Origin: an uncultured Gammaproteobacteria bacterium
GTDB taxonomy: Bacteria > Patescibacteriota > Patescibacteriia > SBBC01 > CAIJZX01
Direction of reading: 5' to 3'
Length of the DNA: 64,000 bases
NCBI GenBank assembly: GCA_964518425.1
Contig: CAZFGG010000002.1
Location: forward strand, 8,453 to 72,452
A program made the position numbers and the translations under genes. Under the pieces are notes generated by a model that was not told the DNA's origin, made no database searches, and saw only the letters and a list, made by a program, of their open reading frames with translations. Shown in pieces: positions 10,096-19,333 of the stretch (its first letter is position 1; the number at the start of each line of letters is the position of its first letter).

Positions 10096-10373
10096 CTCCG
10101 CCCCCTCAACTCGTCGGCTCTCTACGACGTTGGTTACGACCGTGGCTGGTCGCTACCTTGATTGTTGGTGGTTTAGCATTCTGGGTTGGGCCGCAGCTGA
10201 ACCGTGCCTGGTTTGACCGCCCATTGCCCGATACCGCCATTCAGGCTCACCAGCTCCGGGTCAACAGCGGTCAACTCCAACGCCTGACCAAGAGTCTTGA
10301 TGCCTATCAGCACCCCACGGCTCCTACCTCGCTCACATCGACGACGATTTTTTCTCCCGTCCCGAAGACTTGA
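10086..10373 (+). CDS. Small single-TM protein at the end of the pilus operon (PilP-like role possible)
   Basis: 95 aa with TM LRPWLVATLIVGGLAFWV. Overlaps the pilO stop. No prepilin leader motif. Confidence 0.3.
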   Translation: MELAPPPQLVGSLRRWLRPWLVATLIVGGLAFWVGPQLNRAWFDRPLPDTAIQAHQLRVNSGQLQRLTKSLDAYQHPTAPTSLTSTTIFSPVPKT

Positions 10374-10386
10374 CGTGACTCGAGAG

Positions 10387-10415
10387 TTGACAGATCTCTG
10401 AACCGTCGTTATACT
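10387..10415 (+). promoter_or_regulatory. Sigma70-type promoter for rpmA: TTGACA-N17-TATACT
   Basis: TTGACA at 10387-10392, 17-nt spacer, TATACT at 10410-10415, 22 nt upstream of the rpmA ATG. Confidence 0.5.
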
Positions 10416-10437
10416 GCCGAGGCTATTTTCCTGATCT

Positions 10438-10710
10438 ATGGCCCACACTAAATCAGCCGGTTCTACAAGTCTTGGTCGAGATTCCCGAAGCCAGCGGCTC
10501 GGCGTCAAGCTTTTCGCTGGTCAAAAAGCCCGAGCCGGGTCAATTCTCGTCCGTCAGCGCGGTTCATCGTACCTGCCTGGTGACAATGTTCGCCGAGGTG
10601 GGGACGATACGCTATTTGCTCTGGCCCCGGGTCAAGTGCATTTTGAGACCAAGGCCAAAATCCGCTACGACGGTCGTCGCGTCAAGCGCCGATATATTCA
10701 CGTTCGCTAG
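10438..10710 (+). CDS. rpmA: 50S ribosomal protein L27
   Basis: [29 protein letters not shown]...[15 protein letters not shown]...VHFE matches the bL27 consensus. No rplU (L21) upstream. Confidence 0.9.
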   Translation: MAHTKSAGSTSLGRDSRSQRLGVKLFAGQKARAGSILVRQRGSSYLPGDNVRRGGDDTLFALAPGQVHFETKAKIRYDGRRVKRRYIHVR

Positions 10711-12383
10711 CGTCGTCGGCGAGTCGTTTCAGGCCCACCTGAAACTTTTTTGTGTTGGGCTACGGCTGCCTTGAGGAACGAAACGAAGAGTGGGTGAGGG
10801 TTGAGCGGACGGGACGTCAATTCAGGATGAAATTGGGTGTCAACGAACCACGGATGATGACGGAGTTCGAGTATTTCCACCAGGTCACGTTTCGGCTCTC
10901 GTCCCACGACAGTCAAGCCAGCCCGTGAAAAAGCGGAGCGGTAACGATTATTGAATTCATACCGATGGCGGTGGCGTTCAGCGATCTGGGACCGGCCATA
11001 CGCTTGTCCGACGCGGCTGTGACGGTCAAGCCGACAGGTATACTGGCCGAGGCGCATTGATCCACCCAGTCGACGTTCATGAAGTAAGCGCTGTTGTTCG
11101 GGCATCAAGGTAATAATAGGATGACTCGTGTCTGGGTCGACCTCAGTCGTATTGGCCTTCCGCCAGTGTAAAACATGCCGGGCAAATTCGACGGCCGCCA
11201 GTTGCATGCCATAACACAAACCAAAGAAGGGAATATTTTGCTGCCGAAGTTCGCGAATAGCTAAAATTTTTCCTTCGATCCCGCGGGACCCAAAACCACC
11301 AGGAACAATAATCCCGTCGTACTTTCGTAATGAACGAACCAGCCGTGGGGACCGCTCAAATGCTTCAGCGTCAATCCACTCAATGTCCGGTTGACGTCCG
11401 ATGGCCCAAGCGGCATGCCGGATGGCCTCAATAACGGAAACGTACGAATCGGCTAAGGTGAATGAACCGGTGGTAAAATACTTGCCAACAATACCGATGC
11501 GGACCGTGGGCCAGGCCCGCTGAGCCCGCCGGACCATGGTCGCCCATGCCCGACCATTCCGACCACGCGGACGAAGATCAAATTTCTTGAGGATCTTTTC
11601 GGCGAGGTGTTCACGATCAAAATTTTTGGGAATAGTATAAATATTGGAAACATCGGGGGCCGAAATGATGTCATCCGGGTGCATATTACAGTTAATCGAT
11701 AGCCGCTCTTTTCGCGGACGATCAAGTGGTACCGGTCCGCGTCCAAGAATGAAATCTGGTTGAATACCAGCGGAGTTCAACGTTCGTACGGCGTACTGGG
11801 TCGGCTTCGTTTTCATTTCCCCGAGCTGCGAGGGTACCGGAAGGTAACTGACGAGAATGAACTGAACTCGTCCCGGCCGGCGGAGATGCATCATCCGGGC
11901 CGCTTCTAAGAAGAGCATGTTTTGATACTCCCCGACCGTACCTCCGATTTCTATCAATTGGATATCCGCTCGGTTCACGCGCGCCGCTCGTTCGATCCGA
12001 TGGATCACTTCTTCGGGCACATGAGGAACGACCTCAACGCATTTTCCACCGTATCCTAGGCTCCGTTCGCGATCAATGACCGACAAATAGACTTGGCCAG
12101 TCGTCATATAACTGTCGCGCGAGAGGCTGAGGTCAAGAAATCGCTCATAGTTGCCGATATCTTGGTCCGTTTCTAAACCATCGGCCGTGACAAAAACTTC
12201 TCCATGTTCCGTCGGATTCATTGTTCCGGCGTCAACGTTAATGTAGGGATCAATTTTCATGGCCGATACCCGGTAGCCCCGGTCGTGCAGCAGCCGACCA
12301 ATCGATGACACGGCAATTCCCTTCCCTAGCCCGGAGAGAACGCCACCCATGACGAAAATGTAGCGGGTGGGTGACTTAGCCAT
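10707..12383 (-). CDS. pyrG: CTP synthase
   Basis: N-terminal [26 protein letters not shown]-terminal glutamine amidotransferase domain (GLCYGMQLA, catalytic His-Glu region). Confidence 0.92.
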   Translation of the reverse strand: MAKSPTRYIFVMGGVLSGLGKGIAVSSIGRLLHDRGYRVSAMKIDPYINVDAGTMNPTEHGEVFVTADGLETDQDIGNYERFLDLSLSRDSYMTTGQVYLSVIDRERSLGYGGKCVEVVPHVPEEVIHRIERAARVNRADIQLIEIGGTVGEYQNMLFLEAARMMHLRRPGRVQFILVSYLPVPSQLGEMKTKPTQYAVRTLNSAGIQPDFILGRGPVPLDRPRKERLSINCNMHPDDIISAPDVSNIYTIPKNFDREHLAEKILKKFDLRPRGRNGRAWATMVRRAQRAWPTVRIGIVGKYFTTGSFTLADSYVSVIEAIRHAAWAIGRQPDIEWIDAEAFERSPRLVRSLRKYDGIIVPGGFGSRGIEGKILAIRELRQQNIPFFGLCYGMQLAAVEFARHVLHWRKANTTEVDPDTSHPIITLMPEQQRLLHERRLGGSMRLGQYTCRLDRHSRVGQAYGRSQIAERHRHRYEFNNRYRSAFSRAGLTVVGREPKRDLVEILELRHHPWFVDTQFHPELTSRPLNPHPLFVSFLKAAVAQHKKVSGGPETTRRRR

Positions 12384-12819
12384 GACGGAGGTGAACAGTG
12401 ACCTCTATGCTTTGGTGGTCCGGCCAGATCAGCTTTGCGGCGAATGAACCGAGTTGTTTGAAATGGTCTGGCTGACAATGAACTCCGCCAATGCGGAGAT
12501 GATACTGTTTCCCAATTTCTTCAATAACCCTTTCTCCCTTCACCGCCGCAAAGAGTTTACCGGCTGAACTGGCTGATTCGCTGATCTCAATAACTGCTCC
12601 GGCTAAACGCTGACGGGCGGCCTGCCATTCTTCTCGTTCAGCCGCTCGACGGGCGGCCGTCGTGGCTTGCTGGCGTTTGACCTGACTGACCATGGCCGTC
12701 GTTGCGACCACGGCCATCCGGCGCGGGAGTAAAAAATTCCTGGCGTAGGCGTCGGCCACGTCACAAATATCCCCTGCTTGGCCGACTCCCGGGATGGGTT
12801 GTCGGAGCTGAATTTTCAT
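12376..12819 (-). CDS. rplI: 50S ribosomal protein L9
   Basis: 147 aa. MKIQLRQPIPGVGQAGDICDVADAYARNFLLPRRMAV matches the bL9 N-domain consensus (GDxVxVxxGYARNFLxP). Confidence 0.75.
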   Translation of the reverse strand: MKIQLRQPIPGVGQAGDICDVADAYARNFLLPRRMAVVATTAMVSQVKRQQATTAARRAAEREEWQAARQRLAGAVIEISESASSAGKLFAAVKGERVIEEIGKQYHLRIGGVHCQPDHFKQLGSFAAKLIWPDHQSIEVTVHLRHG

Positions 12820-14042
12820 ATCTTCCCTTGAATGGCTTTTTCGGCGGCCTCCAGCTGTGGATCGCGGTTATGGTCAAGATCGTCTGGCGTTAGATCAACT
12901 TTCTGGTCAGGCGTAATGCCGTGATCGGAAATGGAACGACCGCTCGGGGTAAACCACTTGGCCACGGTTATTTTCAAGCTTGAACCGTCATCAAGTTGCT
13001 GGTAATCCTGGACTGATCCCTTACCAAACGTCTGGACCCCAATAACTTTAGCCCGGTGGTTGTCTTGAAGAGCACCAGCGACGATTTCAGCCGCCGACGC
13101 CGTTCCTCCGTTGACCAGGATAACCAGAGGTTGGGTTGGCCAGAGGGGATGCCCGGAGACTTGTTCATCACGTTTTTTTCCATCACGCCCAACTTCACTC
13201 ACGACTGTACCGTGATCCAAAAATGCACTGGCTACGACAATCGATTGATCAAGATAGCCGCCCGGATTATCCCGCATATCAAGAATCAGCCCTGTGACTG
13301 GCTTGGTCAGAAATGATTGTACTGCCGCTTGCACACGTGAACCGGTATCTTTGGTGAAACTGGTCATCTTGATATAACCGATCGTGGACGTCCCGACGGT
13401 CAGTATTTTCGTTTGGACTGGGTCAACTTTAATATCGGCTCGGGTAATACGGACTGTTTGCGTATCCGTGGACGGTGGGCGGCGGTAGATCAGCTCAACT
13501 TGACTGCCTTTCGGGCCGCGGATTTTTTTGACTGTGTCGTCAAGGCTCATGGTCGCCGTCTCTTGGCCATCGACCGCAAGAATAACATCGCCGCTTTGTA
13601 GTCCAGCTTTGGCCGCTGGGGAGTTTGGCAACGGAGCGATAATCGTCACGAGCTTATCCTTGTAGCCGATTTCCGTCCCGATCCCTTGAAAAATTCCTTC
13701 CACCTCTTGCTGGAAACTCTGTGTTTCAGATGGAGAAAAATAGACCGAGTAAGGGTCGCCCAGGCCTTGGACCATTCCGCTAACGGCGCCCTGTAATAAC
13801 GCCTGGTCATCAATATTCTGATTGACGTAGGTCTTATGGACCGTTGACCAGACATCCTCAAGTAAACTGAAATTGGCGTTGTGTGGGCGGGGCTGCAGAC
13901 CGAGGATAGCGCCGACTAAACTGTGACTAACATCTTCTGGACGACTCGTGCTTGAACTTACTCCTAAGCTAAAACCGGCGCTAAGGAGGGCCAGGGCGAG
14001 AAGAATGATAAGAAATGGTCGACGCATACGAAGAGTATACAC
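12816..14042 (-). CDS. ctpA: Carboxyl-terminal processing protease (S41 family) with PDZ domain
   Basis: Signal/TM N-terminus, PDZ (GLQSGDVILAVDG), S41 catalytic Ser motif GGTASAAEIVAGAL and Lys in FGKGSVQ. Confidence 0.8.
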   Translation of the reverse strand: MYTLRMRRPFLIILLALALLSAGFSLGVSSSTSRPEDVSHSLVGAILGLQPRPHNANFSLLEDVWSTVHKTYVNQNIDDQALLQGAVSGMVQGLGDPYSVYFSPSETQSFQQEVEGIFQGIGTEIGYKDKLVTIIAPLPNSPAAKAGLQSGDVILAVDGQETATMSLDDTVKKIRGPKGSQVELIYRRPPSTDTQTVRITRADIKVDPVQTKILTVGTSTIGYIKMTSFTKDTGSRVQAAVQSFLTKPVTGLILDMRDNPGGYLDQSIVVASAFLDHGTVVSEVGRDGKKRDEQVSGHPLWPTQPLVILVNGGTASAAEIVAGALQDNHRAKVIGVQTFGKGSVQDYQQLDDGSSLKITVAKWFTPSGRSISDHGITPDQKVDLTPDDLDHNRDPQLEAAEKAIQGKI

Positions 14043-14050
14043 GACTCCGG

Positions 14051-15364
14051 CTAAGGGGTCGACGGAATCTCATCACGGCGATGAATCTCGGCACCGCAAG
14101 ACCGTAATCGCTCATCGAGACGCTCGTATCCCCGGTCCAGGTGTTCAATTCCCGTCAGGGTTGACTGGCCGGTAGCCGTGACCGCCGCCACAAGGTGGGC
14201 CATACCGGCTCGAATATCCGGGACCGTTATGACGGCGGCGTGAAGCGGGGTGGGCCCATCAACGCGGCAGCTATGGGTGTACCCATGAGCCCACCAGCGG
14301 CATGGCAGTTCACCCCAGCAGTCCGTACTCGTGCTAATCCGAGCTCCCATCGACTGCAAGACGGACGTATATCCGAAGCGGTCTTCATAGACCGTTTCGT
14401 GAACTGTCGATTGGCCTTCGGCTTGGGTCATCACCGTCACCAACGGTTGTTGCCAATCCGTCATGAATCCGGGATGAGTATCAGTTTCGATCGAAACGCC
14501 GCGCAGCGGGCCAGCCCGAAAAAAACGAATGCCGTCGGGATGGACCTCAAACTCTCCACCCATCCGCCGGACGGTCGTGAGAAAGGTGATGAGGTCAGCC
14601 TGACGCGCGCCTTCAACAAAGAGATCACCATCGGTGGCCAAAGCGAGGGAAGCGAATGAAGCGGCCTCTATCCGATCCGGAAGAACGCTGTAGGTTGTCC
14701 CGTGCAGGCGTGGAACCCCGTCAATCATGAGAGTCCGATTCGGGCCCAGATCGATCATCGCTCCCATCGTTTGAAGCATTTGTAAAAGATCAATGACTTC
14801 TGGTTCAACGGCAGCATTCCGGATGATGGTCCGGCCCTCGGCTAAAACGGCGGCCAGAGCGATCGTTTCGGTCGCGCCAACGCTCGGATAGGGAAGAGAA
14901 ATCGTGGCTCCATGAAGACGCGTGGCTCTGGCTTGAAAACTGGTCGGCGTTACGGTGACCTCTGCCCCCATGGCCTTGAGGGCGGCCAGGTGATAATCAA
15001 CCGGCCGCGGGCCAATCGCGTCGCCACCAACAACAGGAACTTCCGCTTGGCCCGTCCGATTGACTAAAATACCCAGGGTCAGAATGGGCAGGCGGTTCTT
15101 TCGGCTGAGCTGTGGGACAATATTGCGAGACAGGTTCGGCGTATGGACCTGCCAGCGATGGCCATCTCGTTTGACCTGACCACCGACTGACGTCAGTATT
15201 TCCGCGGCGATATCTGTCTCGCCCAGGAGCGGAATGTTCTCAATGATAGATGGTTCATCACTCAGCAACGTCGCTAAGAGAACTTTTGAGGCAGCATTTT
15301 TCGCGCCACTGACCTTGAGTCGACCGCGAAGAGGGTGCCCGCCGGTAACCTGGAACAGTGACAT
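14051..15364 (-). CDS. murA: UDP-N-acetylglucosamine 1-carboxyvinyltransferase; the track ORF runs to 15409 but the likely start is MSLFQV
   Basis: KVSGAKNAASKVLLATLLSDEP, EPSP-synthase-like fold motifs, active-site Cys region (LHGTTYSVLPDRIEA). Confidence 0.88.
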   Translation of the reverse strand: MSLFQVTGGHPLRGRLKVSGAKNAASKVLLATLLSDEPSIIENIPLLGETDIAAEILTSVGGQVKRDGHRWQVHTPNLSRNIVPQLSRKNRLPILTLGILVNRTGQAEVPVVGGDAIGPRPVDYHLAALKAMGAEVTVTPTSFQARATRLHGATISLPYPSVGATETIALAAVLAEGRTIIRNAAVEPEVIDLLQMLQTMGAMIDLGPNRTLMIDGVPRLHGTTYSVLPDRIEAASFASLALATDGDLFVEGARQADLITFLTTVRRMGGEFEVHPDGIRFFRAGPLRGVSIETDTHPGFMTDWQQPLVTVMTQAEGQSTVHETVYEDRFGYTSVLQSMGARISTSTDCWGELPCRWWAHGYTHSCRVDGPTPLHAAVITVPDIRAGMAHLVAAVTATGQSTLTGIEHLDRGYERLDERLRSCGAEIHRRDEIPSTP

Positions 15365-15430
15365 GCAGTCGAAGCGTTGACGTGGTAAACTGAGTCTTGA
15401 GCTTATCATATCAGGTAGCGACCCTCAACT

Positions 15431-16711
15431 ATGTCTCCTCGCTGGCGTCAAATTTTCGCAGCTACGACGGTCACGGTATTTGTTGTCGTGGCGGCGATTG
15501 TCGGTGTCCGGGCTGGGGGCTGGCAGTGGGCCGGTTGGCGCCAGGGTTTCGTGCCCAGCGGTGTGATTGTTGTCTCGAGCTCCCCACATGCCACCATTCT
15601 CCTCAATGGCCGTGCGGTCGGTATGACTCCCCGACGCTTGGCCAGCTTAGTCCCCGGAGTCTACACCCTCGAACTCCAGGGCCCCGGCACTAGCCCATGG
15701 AAACAAACCATCCAAGTCAATCCGCGAGTGGCCGAAGTTATTGGTCCGGTTATCCTCCTCCCTAGCCATATCAAAAGAAAAGATCTTGCTCCCGGCGCAG
15801 CCGCCTCATTTATCACCGACACATCTCGCCGGATAGTCTTCTCAACTGAAGATACGGCGACCGGGGTAGTTTTGACTGAAGCTTGGCCAGAACAGGAAGC
15901 GCTGACCCTGACCGCCTCGAGCCGGCCGGCCGAGGTAAGCGTTAGCCCACACCAACAGCTAGCTGCCCTATCGAATCAGACAGAGACTATAGTTCTGCCT
16001 TCCCGTGGTCTCGATGAGACGTGGACTATCCCACGACTTGAGGGAATTTTTTGGCTACCCGGTTCGGATCAAGTAGCCTATGGCCGTCGGAACGGCCGGT
16101 TACTCCGACTCGATGAAGTCACAAAAAGCGAAACCGACTTGGCCCCAGCGCTCGCAGCTGGCGCGCTTGAACAAGATGTGTGGTGGACGACCAAGGAAGC
16201 AGATCAAACGGTTATCTGGGAACAGGCGCCATTTAGTTCTTCTCCGGCTAAAGAGATCTTTCGAACTTCCGGGGAATTTTCGGTGCAGTCGGGACCCGGT
16301 CGATCGCTTATCCTTCATGGACAGACGGAGACGCGGTTGATCACTTTTCTATTGAATGGACTGACGACTATCACGAATCTTGGTCCGGCGGACACTGTCT
16401 TCTGGCCGACCGCGAACCAACCCCCGCTGTGGATTCGCGGCGTAGAGCTATGGACCCTTGACCACACTGGTCAGCCACAGTTACTTGATCGTCGCTCCGT
16501 CCCGCCTCAATTGGCCGCCTGGATGGAAGCTCCGGACATCGTCACGCTTGTTGAAAACCAAACGTTGACCATCATGAGTGTCAGTAGTCGTCAGGGACGA
16601 GGCGTCATCTTGTCTGTCCCACTGGCGACGGCCGAGCTGCTGACGCTCACTGCTGACCACCGTCAAGCCGTGGTCACGACTGCGACCGGCCTTCAGTTGT
16701 GGACGTGGTAG
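15431..16711 (+). CDS. Membrane-anchored PEGA-domain protein
   Basis: N-terminal TM, then VIVVSSSPHATILLNGRAVGMTPRRLASLVPGVYTLEL (PEGA signature), then a long domain of unknown function. Confidence 0.5.
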   Translation: MSPRWRQIFAATTVTVFVVVAAIVGVRAGGWQWAGWRQGFVPSGVIVVSSSPHATILLNGRAVGMTPRRLASLVPGVYTLELQGPGTSPWKQTIQVNPRVAEVIGPVILLPSHIKRKDLAPGAAASFITDTSRRIVFSTEDTATGVVLTEAWPEQEALTLTASSRPAEVSVSPHQQLAALSNQTETIVLPSRGLDETWTIPRLEGIFWLPGSDQVAYGRRNGRLLRLDEVTKSETDLAPALAAGALEQDVWWTTKEADQTVIWEQAPFSSSPAKEIFRTSGEFSVQSGPGRSLILHGQTETRLITFLLNGLTTITNLGPADTVFWPTANQPPLWIRGVELWTLDHTGQPQLLDRRSVPPQLAAWMEAPDIVTLVENQTLTIMSVSSRQGRGVILSVPLATAELLTLTADHRQAVVTTATGLQLWTW

Positions 16712-16874
16712 GTTGTTCAGGAGCCGCGGCCCACAGAAGGAAAAGAAAGGCGATCAGCCAAAGAACGCCCAAGTGAACTGGGCCAGAAATAAATCCCGGT
16801 TCAAGAGATTCGCCCAGTTGAAGCATGGCTAGGCCGATGATAATGACTGCCGCCAGGTTTTTTCGCCGAAGCAT
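16674..16874 (-). CDS. Small two-TM hypothetical protein (last gene of the GT-C operon)
   Basis: 66 aa, hydrophobic. Overlaps the upstream gene by 4 nt and the convergent PEGA gene by 38 nt. Could be spurious. Confidence 0.25.
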   Translation of the reverse strand: MLRRKNLAAVIIIGLAMLQLGESLEPGFISGPVHLGVLWLIAFLFLLWAAAPEQPTTSTTEGRSQS

Positions 16875-16876
16875 GG

Positions 16877-17329
16877 TTACGGTCCGATCAAAAGTGAAAT
16901 ATCGCGGATCGTGATGGGCTGATCACTCATTGATTTCAAGGTCAGAATGTGATGCCGCTCATGTGACCAGTTGAGAACTGTTTGAAATTGGCTGCCCTGG
17001 CCAGCTGCATCAAGAAGACTCATTGGTCGGTCGTTGACCAGGAGAGATGTTGCTTTTTCTTGACTGCGAATAGTGATTTGAGCGCGGGCGCCGGAGCGGA
17101 GTGTATCAACTGAGAAAACGTAGACTTGACTGGGCTGAAGAACAACTTCTTTGACCAGGCCTCGCCGAACAACTTCTGGTCGATGACGCCAAGAAAAATA
17201 GACTGTTGACTGACCGGGATGCGGCCAATGCAAGGCCATATTCGGGGCGACATAAAACCAAACTATCCAGGCAGTGAGACTTGCTGCTGAAAGGACGATC
17301 GCGCCAGTCATGATGGATGTCTTGGTCAT
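16877..17329 (-). CDS. Bitopic hypothetical protein (N-terminal TM plus extracytoplasmic domain)
   Basis: 150 aa. Translationally coupled downstream of the GT-C gene. Confidence 0.4.
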   Translation of the reverse strand: MTKTSIMTGAIVLSAASLTAWIVWFYVAPNMALHWPHPGQSTVYFSWRHRPEVVRRGLVKEVVLQPSQVYVFSVDTLRSGARAQITIRSQEKATSLLVNDRPMSLLDAAGQGSQFQTVLNWSHERHHILTLKSMSDQPITIRDISLLIGP

Positions 17330-18912
17330 GAAGCCGGAATGAGTGGTCCTATTCGCCAGAGTGTGTCGTGACTGACCGCAATTTTTTGGCCGAGGCTAAG
17401 ATGGTGAGCGCCGAGCGTTGTTTGGAGAGCAGCTGGGGAAAGACTTGTGGCTGAGTCCAGAAGGTAGGTAGGCCGCTGGCTGGACAAACTCATCAGTACT
17501 AACCATTGCCTGGCGGTTGTTGGTAACCCATAGGCGGTCAGGCGCTCTCCCACAAAATACTTATCCGCTTGACCAGCAATAATAACTGATGGCGTTTGAG
17601 TGGCTGCGGCTACGGCACGGGTCAGCTGACGGGCTTCTCGCTGACGTTCCCAGCGGACGAGAAGGCCGCTTCCGGGGTGCCAGACAATCATGGCTATATG
17701 GCTAGAGAGCAAGAGTATCGTTGCTACCGCGGCCAGCCAGGGACGGATTGACCACAAACGTTTGAGCATAATGACAACTCCAGGAATCACCGCGACGAAC
17801 ATGATCATCCAGTAACGATCATAGGAAGAGAGGGTGCCAACTCGGCTCGAAGACAAGAGTGGGTAGAGATTCCAACTTCCGTAGTAGATAAATGGAAAAA
17901 ATGCCAGTGCCGTGACGACAGTTAACTTGAGAACTTTTTTCCAGGTCACAAACTTTCGTCGAAAGTACACTCCCAGGGACGCCGCAGCAAGAACCGAAGA
18001 GGCCGGAAGCATCAGAACGAAGTACCACCAAAAGGATGAGAGGAAATGGAGTGACCACTGGCCTCCGGCTGGCAAGAACAAATGCCAGAGCGTCGTCACA
18101 ACCGAGGTAGCATTGGGCTCTCCGCTCACGACGCCATCAGGAGTATACCCGGTAGAGAGTGCTGAGCCGTAGACATGTTGATCAGCGACTAGCCAAGGGG
18201 TTTGGACAAGTAGAGTCAGGCCAACTACCAGCGAAAACCATTTCCATCGGCCCGGCATAGTCAGAAGAACAATGGCCATTAACGGGCCGGTCCAGATAAC
18301 CTCAATGGGACGAAAATAGAGGGCGGCTCCGTAGGCTAAGCCAACGGCCGTGGCCCATCTCCAAGAAGGTTGTTCGAATTGCCGCCGGAGGAAATAACCG
18401 GTGACCACCAGCAGGGAGGCAAAGGCGCCATTGTGGAACATTGGTAGGGTCTGAAACTGGAACCAGACTGGGTTAACGGCTAAGAGTGTTGTCCCCAGAA
18501 GAGCCCAACTATGTGACCAGAAGCGTCGGAGTAGGCCGTAAAATGCTGCCAGAGCTATGAGACTAAGGATAGGAACGACAGCCCGACTCGTGCCGGGACC
18601 AAACAAATGTTCAACGAATCCGTCCACTTGGATTAAGCCCAAAAAACTTCCGGATTTTAGCAGACTGCCCTGAATAACCATGCTCCGCGGATGAATATAG
18701 GACAGCTCGGTCGAATTCAACCCTGTCGCGGCAACTGGCTGCCCAGTAGTGGCTAGTTGATGGATAAAAAAAGCATTGGCGGCTTCGTCAGGAGAGCCGT
18801 AGGAAGTTGCTCGTACAGCAACCGCCACGATGACAGCTGAGCACAAAAAGAGGGATACCCAGATCGACCACGAGCCCCAAGGGGGCGCTGACTCAATCTT
18901 CCGATTGCGCAT
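17326..18912 (-). CDS. GT-C superfamily glycosyltransferase (ArnT/PMT_2-like), second copy
   Basis: 528 aa polytopic. DE motif in the first loop (SYGSPDEAANAFFIHQL). Same family signature as the 3197-4978 protein. Confidence 0.6.
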   Translation of the reverse strand: MRNRKIESAPPWGSWSIWVSLFLCSAVIVAVAVRATSYGSPDEAANAFFIHQLATTGQPVAATGLNSTELSYIHPRSMVIQGSLLKSGSFLGLIQVDGFVEHLFGPGTSRAVVPILSLIALAAFYGLLRRFWSHSWALLGTTLLAVNPVWFQFQTLPMFHNGAFASLLVVTGYFLRRQFEQPSWRWATAVGLAYGAALYFRPIEVIWTGPLMAIVLLTMPGRWKWFSLVVGLTLLVQTPWLVADQHVYGSALSTGYTPDGVVSGEPNATSVVTTLWHLFLPAGGQWSLHFLSSFWWYFVLMLPASSVLAAASLGVYFRRKFVTWKKVLKLTVVTALAFFPFIYYGSWNLYPLLSSSRVGTLSSYDRYWMIMFVAVIPGVVIMLKRLWSIRPWLAAVATILLLSSHIAMIVWHPGSGLLVRWERQREARQLTRAVAAATQTPSVIIAGQADKYFVGERLTAYGLPTTARQWLVLMSLSSQRPTYLLDSATSLSPAALQTTLGAHHLSLGQKIAVSHDTLWRIGPLIPAS

Positions 18913-19333
18913 CGTGGTCAGTGTAGACGAGCAAGCCTAAGCTGAAGATGGTCAATCCGCTCAAAACAGCAATTGGGCCACTCAGTCGGCCAAGAGGTTG
19001 AGTCTTGTACCAGACCAATGCTGCCCCCACTGCCGCGATAACGCTCGTCCAGAAAAGCTGATCCCAGCGAAGAGAGGTTTTCTGCCCTTTTGTCATGGAC
19101 ACAGCCGCCGGCCAGACTGTTGTGAGGATTCCAATGACGATCGTCGAATAGAGGAGGATGTTTAAGTTAAAATAATAGGTTACAAATCCGGGTCGCAGAG
19201 ATTCAATGAGATAGAATCCCAGATATGAGAGTAAGGCAACTTGGAACAGCCAGGTCAGTAGCTCCCCAGTTTCTAACGAATCAAACGGCCAAGGAAATGA
19301 AAATGAAACCCGAATACGGTGCATATTAGTCAA
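18893..19333 (-). CDS. Four-TM hypothetical membrane protein
   Basis: 146 aa. Overlaps both neighbours, so operon-coupled. Confidence 0.4.
   Translation of the reverse strand: MTNMHRIRVSFSFPWPFDSLETGELLTWLFQVALLSYLGFYLIESLRPGFVTYYFNLNILLYSTIVIGILTTVWPAAVSMTKGQKTSLRWDQLFWTSVIAAVGAALVWYKTQPLGRLSGPIAVLSGLTIFSLGLLVYTDHDAQSED

Noticed and set aside
14051-15409. murA as a 452-aa protein starting at 15409, leaving only 21 nt to the divergent PEGA gene
   Set aside because: MurA homologs begin near MSLFQV.GG. The 15-codon extension is not conserved-looking. The shorter start leaves a 66-nt divergent promoter region.
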